Source of the DNA: Macrostomum hystrix
Taxonomy: Eukaryota > Animalia > Platyhelminthes
Reading direction: 5' to 3'
Length of the DNA: 64,000 bases
NCBI GenBank assembly: GCA_950097015.1
Contig: CATNEN010000037.1
Span: 1,612,001-1,676,000 of the forward strand
A program made the translations under genes and the position numbers. Shown here one piece after another: positions 11,843 to 22,190 of the stretch. Numbering within the stretch: the stretch's first letter is position 1; the number at the start of each line of letters is the position of its first letter. The notes below the pieces were generated by a model. It saw nothing but the letters and a program-made list of their open reading frames with translations, made no database searches and was not told where the DNA came from.

Positions 11843-12256
11843 CATATCTGGTAGCAGACGTTCAGTATCAGCGCCCACAACGTGGCGCCTCAGACAGCCG
11901 GAGATCAGGCTGACAAAGGCTTGCACCTGATCAGCAGGTGCACAGGGATGGTACAGGCCTACAATACCGCCGTGTTCAAGACTGTGCAGCCAACGCTGAG
12001 GCGGCAGGTATTTGTATAGCCCCCACACTGGCCAAAGAGGTCGGTGCATTCCGCTGGTTGGCAAGGGCTCTTTGTAAACAATCCTTTCATTGCTGCATCT
12101 GTGATGCGGTGGCTGCTCTGTCTCATTAAGGTGAAATTCCGACTGTCCTTGCTTGGCCAGCCGGGCAGCATTGGCCGCCTCAAACTGGCGACGTCGCAGA
12201 GGCGTACAAGCGAATTGTCGATTCGTGCGGCCATCCCAGTCGTTATCCAAGTTTGT
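11843..12256 (-). CDS. TP53I13: TP53I13/DUF3105-like, exon 2
   Basis: ttttcAG acceptor. PTSGMHRPLWPVWGLYKYLPPQRWLHSLEHGGIVGLYHPCA is the DUF3105 signature. Donor GTTTGT after ...LLPDM. Confidence 0.88.
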
Positions 12257-12307
12257 CTGAAAAAAAATTGCAGAAATTTAACTAGCGGATGTTGTTAATC
12301 CAAGGCT

Positions 12308-12570
12308 TTCAGGGGAAGCTGTGGTTTGCCAGGAGAAGCTGTGGGTTGTCAGGGGAAGCTGTGGGTTGTCAGGGGAAGCTGTAGGTTTTCTGGGGAAGCT
12401 GTAGGTTTTCTGGGGAAGCTTTGGGTTGTCAGGGGAAGCTGTGGTTTGCCAGGGGAAGCTGTGGGTTGCCAGAGGAAGCTGTGGGTTGTCAGGGGAAGCT
12501 GTGGGTTGCCAGGGGAAGCTGTAGGTTTTCTGGGAAAGCTGTAGGTTTCCTGGGAAGCTGTAGGTTTTCT
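12308..12570. repeat. 20-bp minisatellite (gtgggttgtcaggggaagct), TP53I13 intron 1
   Basis: Tandem units read directly. Confidence 0.92.
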
Positions 12571-13372
12571 GGGGGATGAGTAGCAGGGGTTGAGTAGCAT
12601 AGAGTTGGGTTGCAGGGGGTTGAGTAGCAGGGGGTTGGGTAATTGTGGGTTGTGTAACTGGGGGTTGAGTAGCAGGGGGTTGGGTAATTGTGGGTTGAGT
12701 AACTGGGGGTTGAGTAGCAGGGGGTTGGGTAATTGTGGGTTGTGTAACTGGGGGTTGAGTAGCAGGGGGTTGGGTAATTGTGGGTTGAGTAACTGGGGGT
12801 TGAGTAGCAGGGGGTTGGGTAATTGTGGGTTGTGTAACTGGGGGTTGAGTAGCAGGGGGTTGGGTAATTGTGGGTTGTGTAACTGGGGGTTGAGTAGCAG
12901 GGGGTTGGGTAATTGTGGGTTGAGTAACTGGGGGTTGAGTAGCAGGGGGTTGGGTAATTGTGGGTTGTGTAACTGGGGGTTGAGTAGCAGGGGGTTGGGT
13001 AATTGTGGGTTGAGTAACTGGGGGTTGAGTAGCAGGGGGTTGGGTAATTGTGGGTTGAGTAACTGGGGGTTGAGTAGCAGGGGGTTGGGTAATTGTGGGT
13101 TGTGTAACTGGGGGTTGAGTAGCAGGGGGTTGGGTAATTGTGGGTTGTGTAACTGGGGGTTGAGTAGCAGGGGGTTGGGTAATTGTGGGTTGAGTAACTG
13201 GGGGTTGAGTAGCAGGGGGTTGGGTAATTGTGGGTTGAGTAACTGGGGGTTGAGTAGCAGGAATTGAGTAGCATGAGGTGGAGTAGCAGGGGGTTGAGTA
13301 GCAGGAATTGAGTAGCATGAGGTGGAGTAGCAGGGGGTTGAGTAGCAGGGGTTGAGTAGCAGGGTTTGAGTA
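12570..13372. repeat. 45-bp G-rich minisatellite, TP53I13 intron 1
   Basis: ggggttgagtagcagggggttgggtaattgtgggttg(a/t)gtaactg with period 45. Confidence 0.95.
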
Positions 13373-13408
13373 GCGTTTGCCCCTCGCACCAAGGTCTCTG
13401 TGGCATAA

Positions 13409-14755
13409 TATACCTTTTCCACTTCGGATTCGTTAAAAGTGACTTCGAATTCGTCAGCCAATATAAAACTATAGAGCGCTCAAGGGAATGAGAAGGGTGT
13501 CTATGGTAATTTCTTTCGAGAAAGTGACTTCGAATTCGTCAAAGTGAGTGAAATTCGTCAGTGCAACCAGTATATATTGTCAATCGTGAAGTAAAACAGC
13601 AACTAAACAAACAAAACAGGAAAACTGACGCATAAAATCACGCTTTAAAGTCGCTTGAACAGGTTAGCACGCTGTAGTCAGTCCAAAATTTCTCCGTGTG
13701 CCAGACACCGCGGTCCGTACCGAAGTGTGAATTCGTGCCATTGTCGGCATTTCTCCTCCGTGATCGCAACCATCGCAGCTTCCACTTCTCGACTCAAAAT
13801 GCGAAGACGCCGGTTCTGAAGTGTCTCACCTGCTGCTACAGCCGCCTGACGATCATGCACTTCAAAGACAACTTCAGGGTCGGTCATGCGCCATTTCAGG
13901 ACCGCCTTCATGCAAGAAATTGCCATTTCAGTGGCGTTCAAGAAAGGCGAGTAAGGTGGAAGAAACTGAAGCCTTTGGTCAGGACGCCCAAAATTCACGA
14001 CTCCATGTGCCCTGGCGTTGTCAGCAAGTACCGTGAACTCGTCATCAACAAGGGTCCCGACTTCAATCATAAACTCACGAAACCTCTCTGCTGTAAAGCC
14101 ACCAACAAAGATGCGGTGGTGGACAGGCCCAACTGTGGGCTAACAGCAAGTGCTACCGTCAGATTTTGCCCACGCTGCGAATTCGCAATCATTACTGCGC
14201 GATTGCCAAAATCCGCCCATCCTTTAGTTCGTGACGTCCATAGGTTGCACCCACACTCATCTACGTAGATCAAATTCCTTACAAACAGTCCAGTTTCTAG
14301 CATCCAGGTCATGTGTAGAAATCTAGCTTCTTTTGTCACGTCACTATTCCAATCTCCGTGAACCCGCCGTACATCTTTCAATGTAATGCACAAAGTCCCG
14401 TCAAGCCGACGACTAATTGCCTGCGTTGTCACGACAGGAGCAGCAGGAAAGTCTGCCACAAGCTTTGCTGAGTAATGAAAGATTGCTGACTTATTTTACA
14501 TTGACGAATTTCACTCACTTTCTCGCTTAAATTTACACTGGGCACTTTGCTTTCTTGCCATAGACGAAGCGAAGACACTTTCTGATCAGGCTGCTTTTGC
14601 ACTGACGAATTTCACTTACTTTGACGAATTCGAAGTCACTTTCTCGAAAGAAATTACCATAGACACCCCTTCTCATTCCCTTGAGCGCTCTATAGTTTTA
14701 TATAGGCTGACGAATTCGAACTCACTTTTGACGAATCCGAAGTTGAAAAGGTATA
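13409..14755 (-). mobile_element. IS630/Tc1-mariner superfamily DNA transposon with ~155-bp TIRs and flanking TA
   Basis: TIRs ~13411-13565 and ~14598-14753 are near-identical inverted copies. TATA occurs at both ends, so the exact element end within it is ambiguous. DDE transposase remnant inside. Confidence 0.92.
13678..14459 (-). pseudogene. DDE_3-type transposase, frameshifted near 14124, N-terminus short or missing
   Basis: Motifs LIYVDECGCN, VLADNARAH, FLPPYSPFLNATE. Restoring one base at ~14124 joins the two ORFs (GL-VHHRIFVGGFTAERFREFMIEV). Confidence 0.88.
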
Positions 14756-14890
14756 GTTAGAGTGTACACACATGTGTGCGTGTGTGCTCAGGAGTCAGTA
14801 GAATGAGCAGAATTGCCTACTCATTGGCTGGGGGTTCACTGTCCCCGTATACCAGTGTCCACAGCCTGTCAATAATATTATTATTTTTAT
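14756..14890 (+). mobile_element. 3' part of a SINE family 2 copy (5' remnant at ~13374-13395)
   Basis: gtgtgcgtgtgtgctcaggagtcag...cagaattgcct matches the SINE at 57440-57801 and ends in an aataatattattatt tail. tttgcccctcgcaccaaggtc lies on the other side of the transposon. Confidence 0.7.
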
Positions 14891-14948
14891 ACGAGCATTA
14901 TATATTACTCATTAGTCGATAGAATGCTCAACTGAGAATTCTGCTCAC

Positions 14949-15131
14949 CTCACCGTTGTCACAGTCGTCGGACCTGACTCCCATCCTGACATTGCCGTGC
15001 TTGGCGTCTTGAGTGAACACACTCGAAGGAATGCCGCCAACCTTTTCAAGCCGATGATTTTCCTCTTCCGCCATCTCAGATAGCGCCGTTGTGGCGCAGA
15101 GTAGAAGCAGGCACAAGCAGAATCTTAGCAT
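14949..15131 (-). CDS. TP53I13: TP53I13/DUF3105-like, exon 1 (signal peptide)
   Basis: MLRFCLCLLLLCATTALS signal-peptide-like start, then HGNVRMGVRSDDCDNGE and a GTGAGC donor. It joins exon 2 as CDNGE-TNLDNDWDG. Four exons total 792 nt, in frame. Confidence 0.82.
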
Positions 15132-15529
15132 TTTTCTCTCTCGGCTTAGCAACTAGCAGAGAGCTCAAATAAAACAGTTTGAGTTGTTTGACTTCCTGCT
15201 CTCCGCCGCGCCTAAATTGTCTGGATCTGTACTTCTGTGACACCAAGGTGAAGCCAATAAAATATTTCGAGTAGAAATTAGCCAGAGAGCTGCATTTTGG
15301 GCACGAGGACCAATTGCAATGAATTTTAGTACTGCGTTTGAAATTCGGGTAAGAGAGACAGTGTAAAGAATTAGCGAGAATTCTCTACATGGATCCGAGT
15401 GTCTCTAGAAGTTCCCAGATCGTTCGTGGGGATTGTTGCTGCGAGGTCCGGTATGTTAACTGTCATAGACTGTTCTCTGTAGCTGCAAAATTACCCCTGT
15501 ATCCAAGAATTCAAACCTGAAAGTAGAGC

Positions 15530-16475
15530 TAGCTGCTGCGATTCTGGCCGTATGGACTCACTTACTCCTGCTGCGATTCCACTGTGACTCACTTAACCTG
15601 CTGCGATTCTGGCTGTGTGGACTCACTTATTCCTGCTGCGATTCTGGCTGTGTGGACTCACTTATTCCTGCTGCGATTCTGGCCGTGTGGACTCACTCAT
15701 TCCTGCTGCGATTCTGGCTGTGTGGACTCACTCATTCCTGCTGCGATTCTGGCCGTGTGGACTCACTTATTCCTGCTGCGATTCTGGCCGTGTGGACTCA
15801 CTTATTCCTGCTGCGATTCTGGCCGTGTGGACTCACTTATTCCTGCTGCGATTCTGGCTGTGTGGACTCACTTATTCCTGCTGCGATTCTGGCCGTGTGG
15901 ACTCACTCATTCCTGCTGCGATTCTGGCTGTGTGGACTCACTTATTCCTGCTGCGATTCTGGCCGTGTGGACTCACTCATTCCTGCTGCGATTCTGGCTG
16001 TGTGGACTCACTCATTCCTGCTGCGATTCTGGCCGTGTGGACTCACTCATTCCTGCTGCGATTCTGGCTGTGTGGACTCACTTATTCCTGCTGCGATTCT
16101 GGCTGTGTGGACTCACTTATTCCTGCTGCGATTCTGGCCGTGTGGACTCACTCATTCCTGCTGCGATTCTGGCTGTGTGGACTCACTTATTCCTGCTGCG
16201 ATTCTGGCTGTGTGGACTCACTTATTCCTGCTGCGATTCTGGCCGTGTGGACTCACTCATTCCTGCTGCGATTCTGGCTGTGTGGACTCACTTATTCCTG
16301 CTGCGATTCTGGCTGTGTGGACTCACTTATTCCTGCTGCGATTCTGGCCGTGTGGACTCACTCATTCCTGCTGCGATTCTGGCTGTGTGGACTCACTTAT
16401 TCCTGCTGCGATTCTGGCTGTGTGGACTCACTTATTCCTGCTGCGATTCTGGCCGTGTGGACTCAATCATTCCTG
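15530..16475. repeat. 35-bp minisatellite (gctgcgattctggctgtgtggactcacttattcct)
   Basis: About 27 near-identical units, no spacers. Confidence 0.96.
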
Positions 16476-16479
16476 ATAT

Positions 16480-16792
16480 AATATAATCAATATAATTGAT
16501 TACACCTGCCCCAATTGGGTCAGATGTGCAGCCCAGCAACAGCACAGCCGCAGCTAATGCGTGGCGCATCTGAAGGCTGCGTACAGCTGTTCAGTCCATG
16601 GACTGGGGGGACGCCACACCCACTTTAAATTATCCCGCTGATGCTGGTGCCCATTTAACAGCTGGGTGAACTGAAGCAATGCAGAGTTAAGTGTCTTGCT
16701 AAAGGACACAAATTGTTCCAGTGGAGTCGGGAATCGAACCCCCGACCTTCAAGTCGAGAATCCGACGCCCTAACCACTAGGCTACAACCTCT
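16480..16792 (-). mobile_element. tRNA-derived CORE-like SINE (family 1), fullest copy
   Basis: The minus strand reads ggttgtagcctagtggttagggcgtcgga...ggttcgattcccg (A/B boxes), then tgtgtcctttagcaagacacttaactctgcattgcttcagttcacccagctgttaaatggg, which resembles the MIR/CORE domain, then the body and an AT-rich tail. Confidence 0.85.
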
Positions 16793-17179
16793 CACTAGGC
16801 TACGACCTCTCTGTACTATAAACTAAACTAATTAACCTGTCTGAAACTCAATCAAATAAAGTAGGCAATAAGCAGCTGTCACAATGCCAGCAATCAATGA
16901 TAACTAGGCCAAAATCACAGACCGGAAACTCTGCTAACGATTGCAACAGACTTTTTATTACAAAATCTATCAAATATTGAGTTCATTTGCAGTTCTCAGT
17001 TTGTTGAAGACGTTCTTGCAAAATTTTGTCTATAAACAAGGCCACGATTCGCTAGTCAGCAAATCAATTAGTGTTTGCAATTAATAATTTCATCACAAAT
17101 CACAAAGCAATTCTAAATAATATTTGTCCACACAAGCCTAGAGCACTTTCTGCAGCCTACGGGCCATCTCACTACACAA

Positions 17180-17870
17180 CCCTACCCTGTACACAGTCAC
17201 TCTAACCCTCACTCTAACCCTGTACACAGTGAGTCCTTCACTGTGCTTGACTGTGACAGTCACCTTCCTTCACTGTGACAGTTAACACCCCTCAGTCCTC
17301 ACTCCAACCCTCAGTCCAACCCTGTACACAGTCACTCCGCCCCTCAGTCCTAACCTGTACACAGTCACTCCACCCCTCAGTCCAACCCTGTACACAGTCA
17401 CTCCGCCCCTCAGTCCTAACCTGTACACAGTCACTCCGCCCCTCAGTCCAACCCTGTACACAGTCACTCCGCCCCTCAGTCCAACTCTGTACACAGTCAC
17501 TCCGCCCCTCAGTCCTAACCTGTACACAGTCACTCCGCCCCTCAGTCCTAACCTGTACACAGTCACTCCGCCCCTCAGTCCTAACCTGTACACAGTCACT
17601 CCGCCCCTCAGTCCTAAGCTGTACACAGTCACTCCACCCCTCAGTCCTAACCTGTACACAGTCACTCCACCCCTCAGTCCTAACCTGTACACAGTCACTC
17701 CACCCCTCAGTCCTAACCTGTACACAGTCACTCCACCCTCAGTCCTAACCTGTACACTGTCACTCCACCCCTCAGTCCTAACCTGTACGGAGTCACTCCA
17801 CCCCTCAGTCCTAACCTGTACGCAGTCACTCCACCCCACGGTCCTTCCTTGTACAAAGTCACTCCACCCC
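17180..17870. repeat. 33-bp minisatellite (ccctcagtcctaacctgtacacagtcactccac)
   Basis: Tandem units with period 33. Confidence 0.95.
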
Positions 17871-18244
17871 ACGCACAGAAAAAATTATATCTATTGCTTA
17901 TTACTCTTGTACTCATCACAATCTAACTTGTGTGAAATTCATTACTGACTACTTAACAAATTTTAAGCAGTCAGTAGAAGCTATAATATATAATAATTCT
18001 GCCGTAATTCAAAACACTTGACTTTGAAAATCTGCCCAGGTAAAACAATTTGTGCCTTTGAGATTATATTAGGACGCCCCTAATTGCTTCAGTTCACACG
18101 GCTGAGAAATTGGCATCGACATTAGCTGCAGGTTGGAAATTCCTGTGGGTGTCAATGGACTGAACAGCTAGTTGTATGCAGCCTTCGGATACGCCGGCAA
18201 ATCGGGCCCCACTGGGTTGGTGTCATTGTCTATAGCCCATAGAC

Positions 18245-18726
18245 CAGAGGTCGGCAAACTCCGGCCCGAGGGCCAGATGCGGCCCTCGAAGCTCCCAAAT
18301 CCGGCCCGTTCCCCTTTCCGACACCTACAGTATCCTGTTTTATCTTTCCCCTGTCTCATCTCCCCTGTGTGTCACCTCTCCCGTGTCTCGTCTCTCCTGT
18401 GTCTTATCTATCCCATGTCTCCATCTCTCCCGTGTGCCATCTCTCCTGTGTCTCATCTCTCCCGTGTCTCATCTCTCCCATGTCTCATCTCTCCTCTGTC
18501 TTATCTCTCCCGTGTCTCATCTCTCCTCTGTCTCATCTCTCCCATGTCTCATCTCTCCTCTGTCTTATCTCTCCCGTGTCTCATCTCTCCCGTGTCTCAT
18601 CTCTCCCGTTTCTCATCTCTCCCTATCTCTGATATATTTCTCTTATATTTCTACAGTCAATGCGGCCCGCTGTCGTCTTTTAGGTTCTCTTTTTGGCCCG
18701 CTAGCTAATAAGTTTGCCGACCCCTG
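18245..18726. mobile_element. Non-autonomous hAT (Charlie-like) DNA transposon
   Basis: TIRs CAGAGGTCGGCAAACT / AGTTTGCCGACCCCTG, subterminal cggccc motifs, perfect 8-bp TSD CCATAGAC (18237-18244 and 18727-18734). Confidence 0.92.
18340..18625. repeat. 16-bp minisatellite (tctcatctctcccgtg) inside the hAT element
   Basis: The unit is the reverse complement of the 47.1-51.0 kb array unit. Confidence 0.9.
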
Positions 18727-18871
18727 CCATAGACTATCCCACATGGCTCAGACCACCTGCAAAACAATTGCATGTAGTTCGTCTATTTCGCTAGCAATTA
18801 TTAATCTAAATAAACTACTATTTTTAAATAGAATTGAGAATTAAAACGAATGCCAACACTGTTAAATAACA

Positions 18872-19807
18872 ATGGACTCGGCAATCAAAGAGGAGTTCTA
18901 CTGGCGCGCCAGGGCCGCCAGCATCTGGGCCAGCAAGATGGACGCGCTGGACGAGCTGATATCAGTCATTCATTCTCAGTCAGTCGCATACGACAATTTG
19001 CTACAGCAGTCGCCGAAGGATGCATTAAAAGCTTCTGGAAATTCAGAGAAGCCCAACTGGAGGCCATCCGGAGAGCAGCAGCTCCGCCATCAGTCGCCAG
19101 AATGGCATATGACAGCCGACCCGTTAAAAGTGCCGGACATAAGCAGCTTGTGGCGCGTTGAATCTCATCATCATCAAAATCAGCAACAGCGACAGCAACT
19201 AAAGCAGCAGCAGCAGCAGCAGCTGCTGCTTCAAGCACCCATCTCAGCAACGTCGTCGACTGCGGCAGCGTCCAACTCTGCCGGCAAGCGGAAGTCCAAA
19301 GGCGAGCGTAAGAAGCAGCCAAAACAACCCGCTGCTGCTGCAGTTGCTGCAGCTGCTGCTGCTGCAGCCAAATCCCACAGCAACAGCTCAAGAGGCAATC
19401 GGACAAGGCGTGAAGCCTCTGCGGACATCGCTGGCGCTGTCGGGCTTGGCGTTAGCGTCAGTACCGGCGTCGGAAGCGGCGGTGGCAGCAGCATCGGGCT
19501 TCAGTACCAGCGCGGTCGCTCTGTCGACAGCTGCGAGCGTCGGGTCGGCAGCTTCCTAAACGGCCATTGCTGGCTGCCGCACCAGCACCAGCACCAGCAT
19601 AAGCACCAGCACCAGCACCAGCACCAGCGCCAGCACCAGCACCAGCAGCAGCAACAGCCGCCACCGCCACCGCCGCCTCCGCCGCACAGTCATCCGGCCC
19701 AGTTTCACTCGTCCGCCGCAGCAACTGCAATCGCTGCGGCGGCCGCCGCTGCCGCAGCCGCGGGGAAGTCCTACGCTGAGGCGGTTCGAAGTGTCATGGG
19801 GAACTGA
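18872..19807 (+). CDS. Uncharacterised low-complexity protein (poly-Q/A/HQ/P), 311 aa
   Basis: Uninterrupted GC-rich ORF in AT-rich flanks, acaATGG start context, AATAAA at 19991. No domain recognised. Confidence 0.6.
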   Translation: MDSAIKEEFYWRARAASIWASKMDALDELISVIHSQSVAYDNLLQQSPKDALKASGNSEKPNWRPSGEQQLRHQSPEWHMTADPLKVPDISSLWRVESHHHQNQQQRQQLKQQQQQQLLLQAPISATSSTAAASNSAGKRKSKGERKKQPKQPAAAAVAAAAAAAAKSHSNSSRGNRTRREASADIAGAVGLGVSVSTGVGSGGGSSIGLQYQRGRSVDSCERRVGSFLNGHCWLPHQHQHQHKHQHQHQHQRQHQHQQQQQPPPPPPPPPHSHPAQFHSSAAATAIAAAAAAAAAAGKSYAEAVRSVMGN

Positions 19808-20404
19808 CCTTGAACTATGAGCGCCAAACTGATGAACTACAAATTCATTCGCTGATGGAATGAGCTATAAGAATTAGATATTTACAGATCAACTTTAGAC
19901 CCAATTTTCAATTTCATAAGCCAGCTCTGCTAACAAACTACCCATTCCGATTACCAAGCCGAATTCATCCTTCAAAAGCTTTTTAACCGCAATAAACCCA
20001 CTGCCCCAGACCCATGCAAAAGTTTTCAAGCTCCGTAGTTGCAGTAAGAATAGAAAATATAGAAAAAGTGTTGAAAAATAACTGCTCTGCTCTGTGATTC
20101 ACAAAAAACTATCCGATTGGCGGGCTCCAATCCGCCAAAAATGTTTCTTCCTTTGTCATTTTACAACAATTTTTTTTCTTGCTGTCGACACCATCTTGAT
20201 CCCCAGGTAAGCTATATTCAGAGGTGCCAGTTTTCGCTTCTAACTTTTTTATTGAGTTGAAATTTAGCACTTTAAAATCCTGTTTGAATATTTCCTTATC
20301 AGCATGGCTCCATCAAACCCATTTTCTATAACGGCATCCTGATCTGCAGAGTTTGCAGCGAAATCTCTCACCATCCTACATTCCTTTTGGGATCTATATT
20401 TCTA

Positions 20405-20815
20405 ATTAGATCTCCTGTATCCGATCTCATCCCCTATCCCATCAAATATCCCATCCCATCCAATATTCCATATCCCATCCAATATCCCATACCCCATCAA
20501 ATATGCCATCCCATCCAATATTCCATATCCCATCCAATATCCCATATCCCATTAAATATCCCATCCCATCCAATATTCCATATCCCATCCAATATCCCAT
20601 ATCCCATTAAATATCCCATCCCATCCAATATTCCATATCTCATCCAATATCAAATATCGCATCTAATATCTAATATCCCATCCAATATCCCATGTCCCAT
20701 CAAATATCCCATCCCATCCTATATTCCATACCCATCCAGTATCCCATATCCCATCAAATATCCCATCCCATTCCATATTCCATATCCCATCCAATATACC
20801 ATATCCCATCCCATT
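20405..20815. repeat. Degenerate (atcccat)-based tandem repeat
   Basis: atcccatatcccatccaat-type units. Confidence 0.88.
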
Positions 20816-21604
20816 TCCCGTCTCTTCGACCAATGTAACAGAGCCATTATTAATCATATTTAAACTTGTTCTCAACCCACTGACCAAATGCTATTCCTCA
20901 CTGATTTTACTGAGTTAAAGAGCAGCCAACAGTTTGAGCACTGCTCGCGGTTGCAGCTTAACTAGCCTAACTCTTTGAGCAGAAACATTTCCTAACCTCG
21001 AAGGCTGGCTGATAAATTCTCAATCACTGGCCTTAGCGCCGCGGGCCAGGGAGGGTCTCAAGGTCTAGAGAGGGTCTCAGAAAGGAGCGACTGAAAAATC
21101 CCCAATTTAGCTTCATTCCAGCCCCCTAAATCCCAAGGCTAATCTGCCTGCTCTCTCTCTCTCTCTCTCTCTCTCGCTCGCTCTCTGTCGCCAAGCAAAA
21201 ATCTGAGCTCGCCTGGCTAGTCAAAATCCCCGGAGACTGTTCGACTTCGCCCAACGCATGGCGGCTCTCGCCTTCTCGCCCCGTAGACCTCTCGCCCATC
21301 GCCTTTATCAGTGGATCTGTGCTCGGGCTGCATAATCGCGGAGGCCCAGCTACCCTAGGCCAGCGCGCTTCTAAGTTTCTACATTTCTATTTCGTTGGGT
21401 TTTTAGTTGCTAAGGAGAATAATTGCTGCTCTTTTGGGCTTGCTTTTCGACTTTCTTGTAGCAATTGGCTAAATTAATCTAATCATTACCAATAAAGAGT
21501 TTCACAAAAATGCCAGTATACTCACCAAGACATTAGCCTTCCAAAAAACCCATTTCTTCCAACAAACCATCCATTTGTGTTCACAATCCTATTCAATTTT
21601 TTTA

Positions 21605-22190
21605 TCTATCTCACCATTCCATCTTATCTATCTCACCATTCCATCTCATCTATCTCACCATTCCATATCTCACCATCCCATCTCATCTATCTCATCAACC
21701 CATCTCATCTATCTCATCAACCCATCTCATCTATCTCACAATCCCATCTCATCTATCTCACCATCCCATCTTATCTATCTCACCATTCCATCTCATCTAT
21801 CTCACCATCCCATCTTATCTATCTCACCATCCCATCTCATCTATCTCATCAACCCATCTCATCTATCTCACAATCCCATCTCATCTATCTCACCATCCCA
21901 TCTCATCTATCTCACCATCCCATCTCATCTATCTATCTCACCATCCCATCTCATCTACGTCACCTACCCATCTCATCTATCTCACCATCCCATCTCATCT
22001 ACGTCACCTACCCATCTCATCTATCTCACCATCCCATCTCATCTATCTCACAATCCCATCTCATCTATGTCACCTACCCATCTCATCTACGTCACCTACC
22101 CATCTCATCTATGTCACTAACACATCTCATCTATCTCACCATCCCATCTCATCTATCTCACCAACCCATCTCATATATCTCACCATTCCA
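21605..22190. repeat. ~22-bp minisatellite (catctcatctatctcaccatcc)
   Basis: Tandem units read directly. Confidence 0.92.

Noticed and set aside
12278-13461. Mucin-like PATQPPVTQPTITQP ORF
   Set aside because: It is the 45-bp intronic array, open in all three minus frames, with no convincing splice acceptor; one ORF starts inside the transposon TIR.
15389-15450. Possible divergent first exon MDPSVSRSSQIVRGDCCCEV with a GTATGT donor
   Set aside because: No compatible downstream exon found; the 18872 ORF has an in-frame stop just upstream of its ATG.
15530-16475. CRISPR-like 35-bp repeats
   Set aside because: Units are contiguous with no unique spacers, no cas genes are present, and the context is eukaryotic.
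16720-16792. tRNA gene-like sequences (also 27694-27760, 39390-39465, 57440-57515)
   Set aside because: Stems are degenerate and each continues into a shared SINE body, so they are SINE heads rather than tRNA genes.
17180-17870. Telomere-like CCTAAC motifs
   Set aside because: Only a part of a 33-bp unit; no (TTAGGG)n run.
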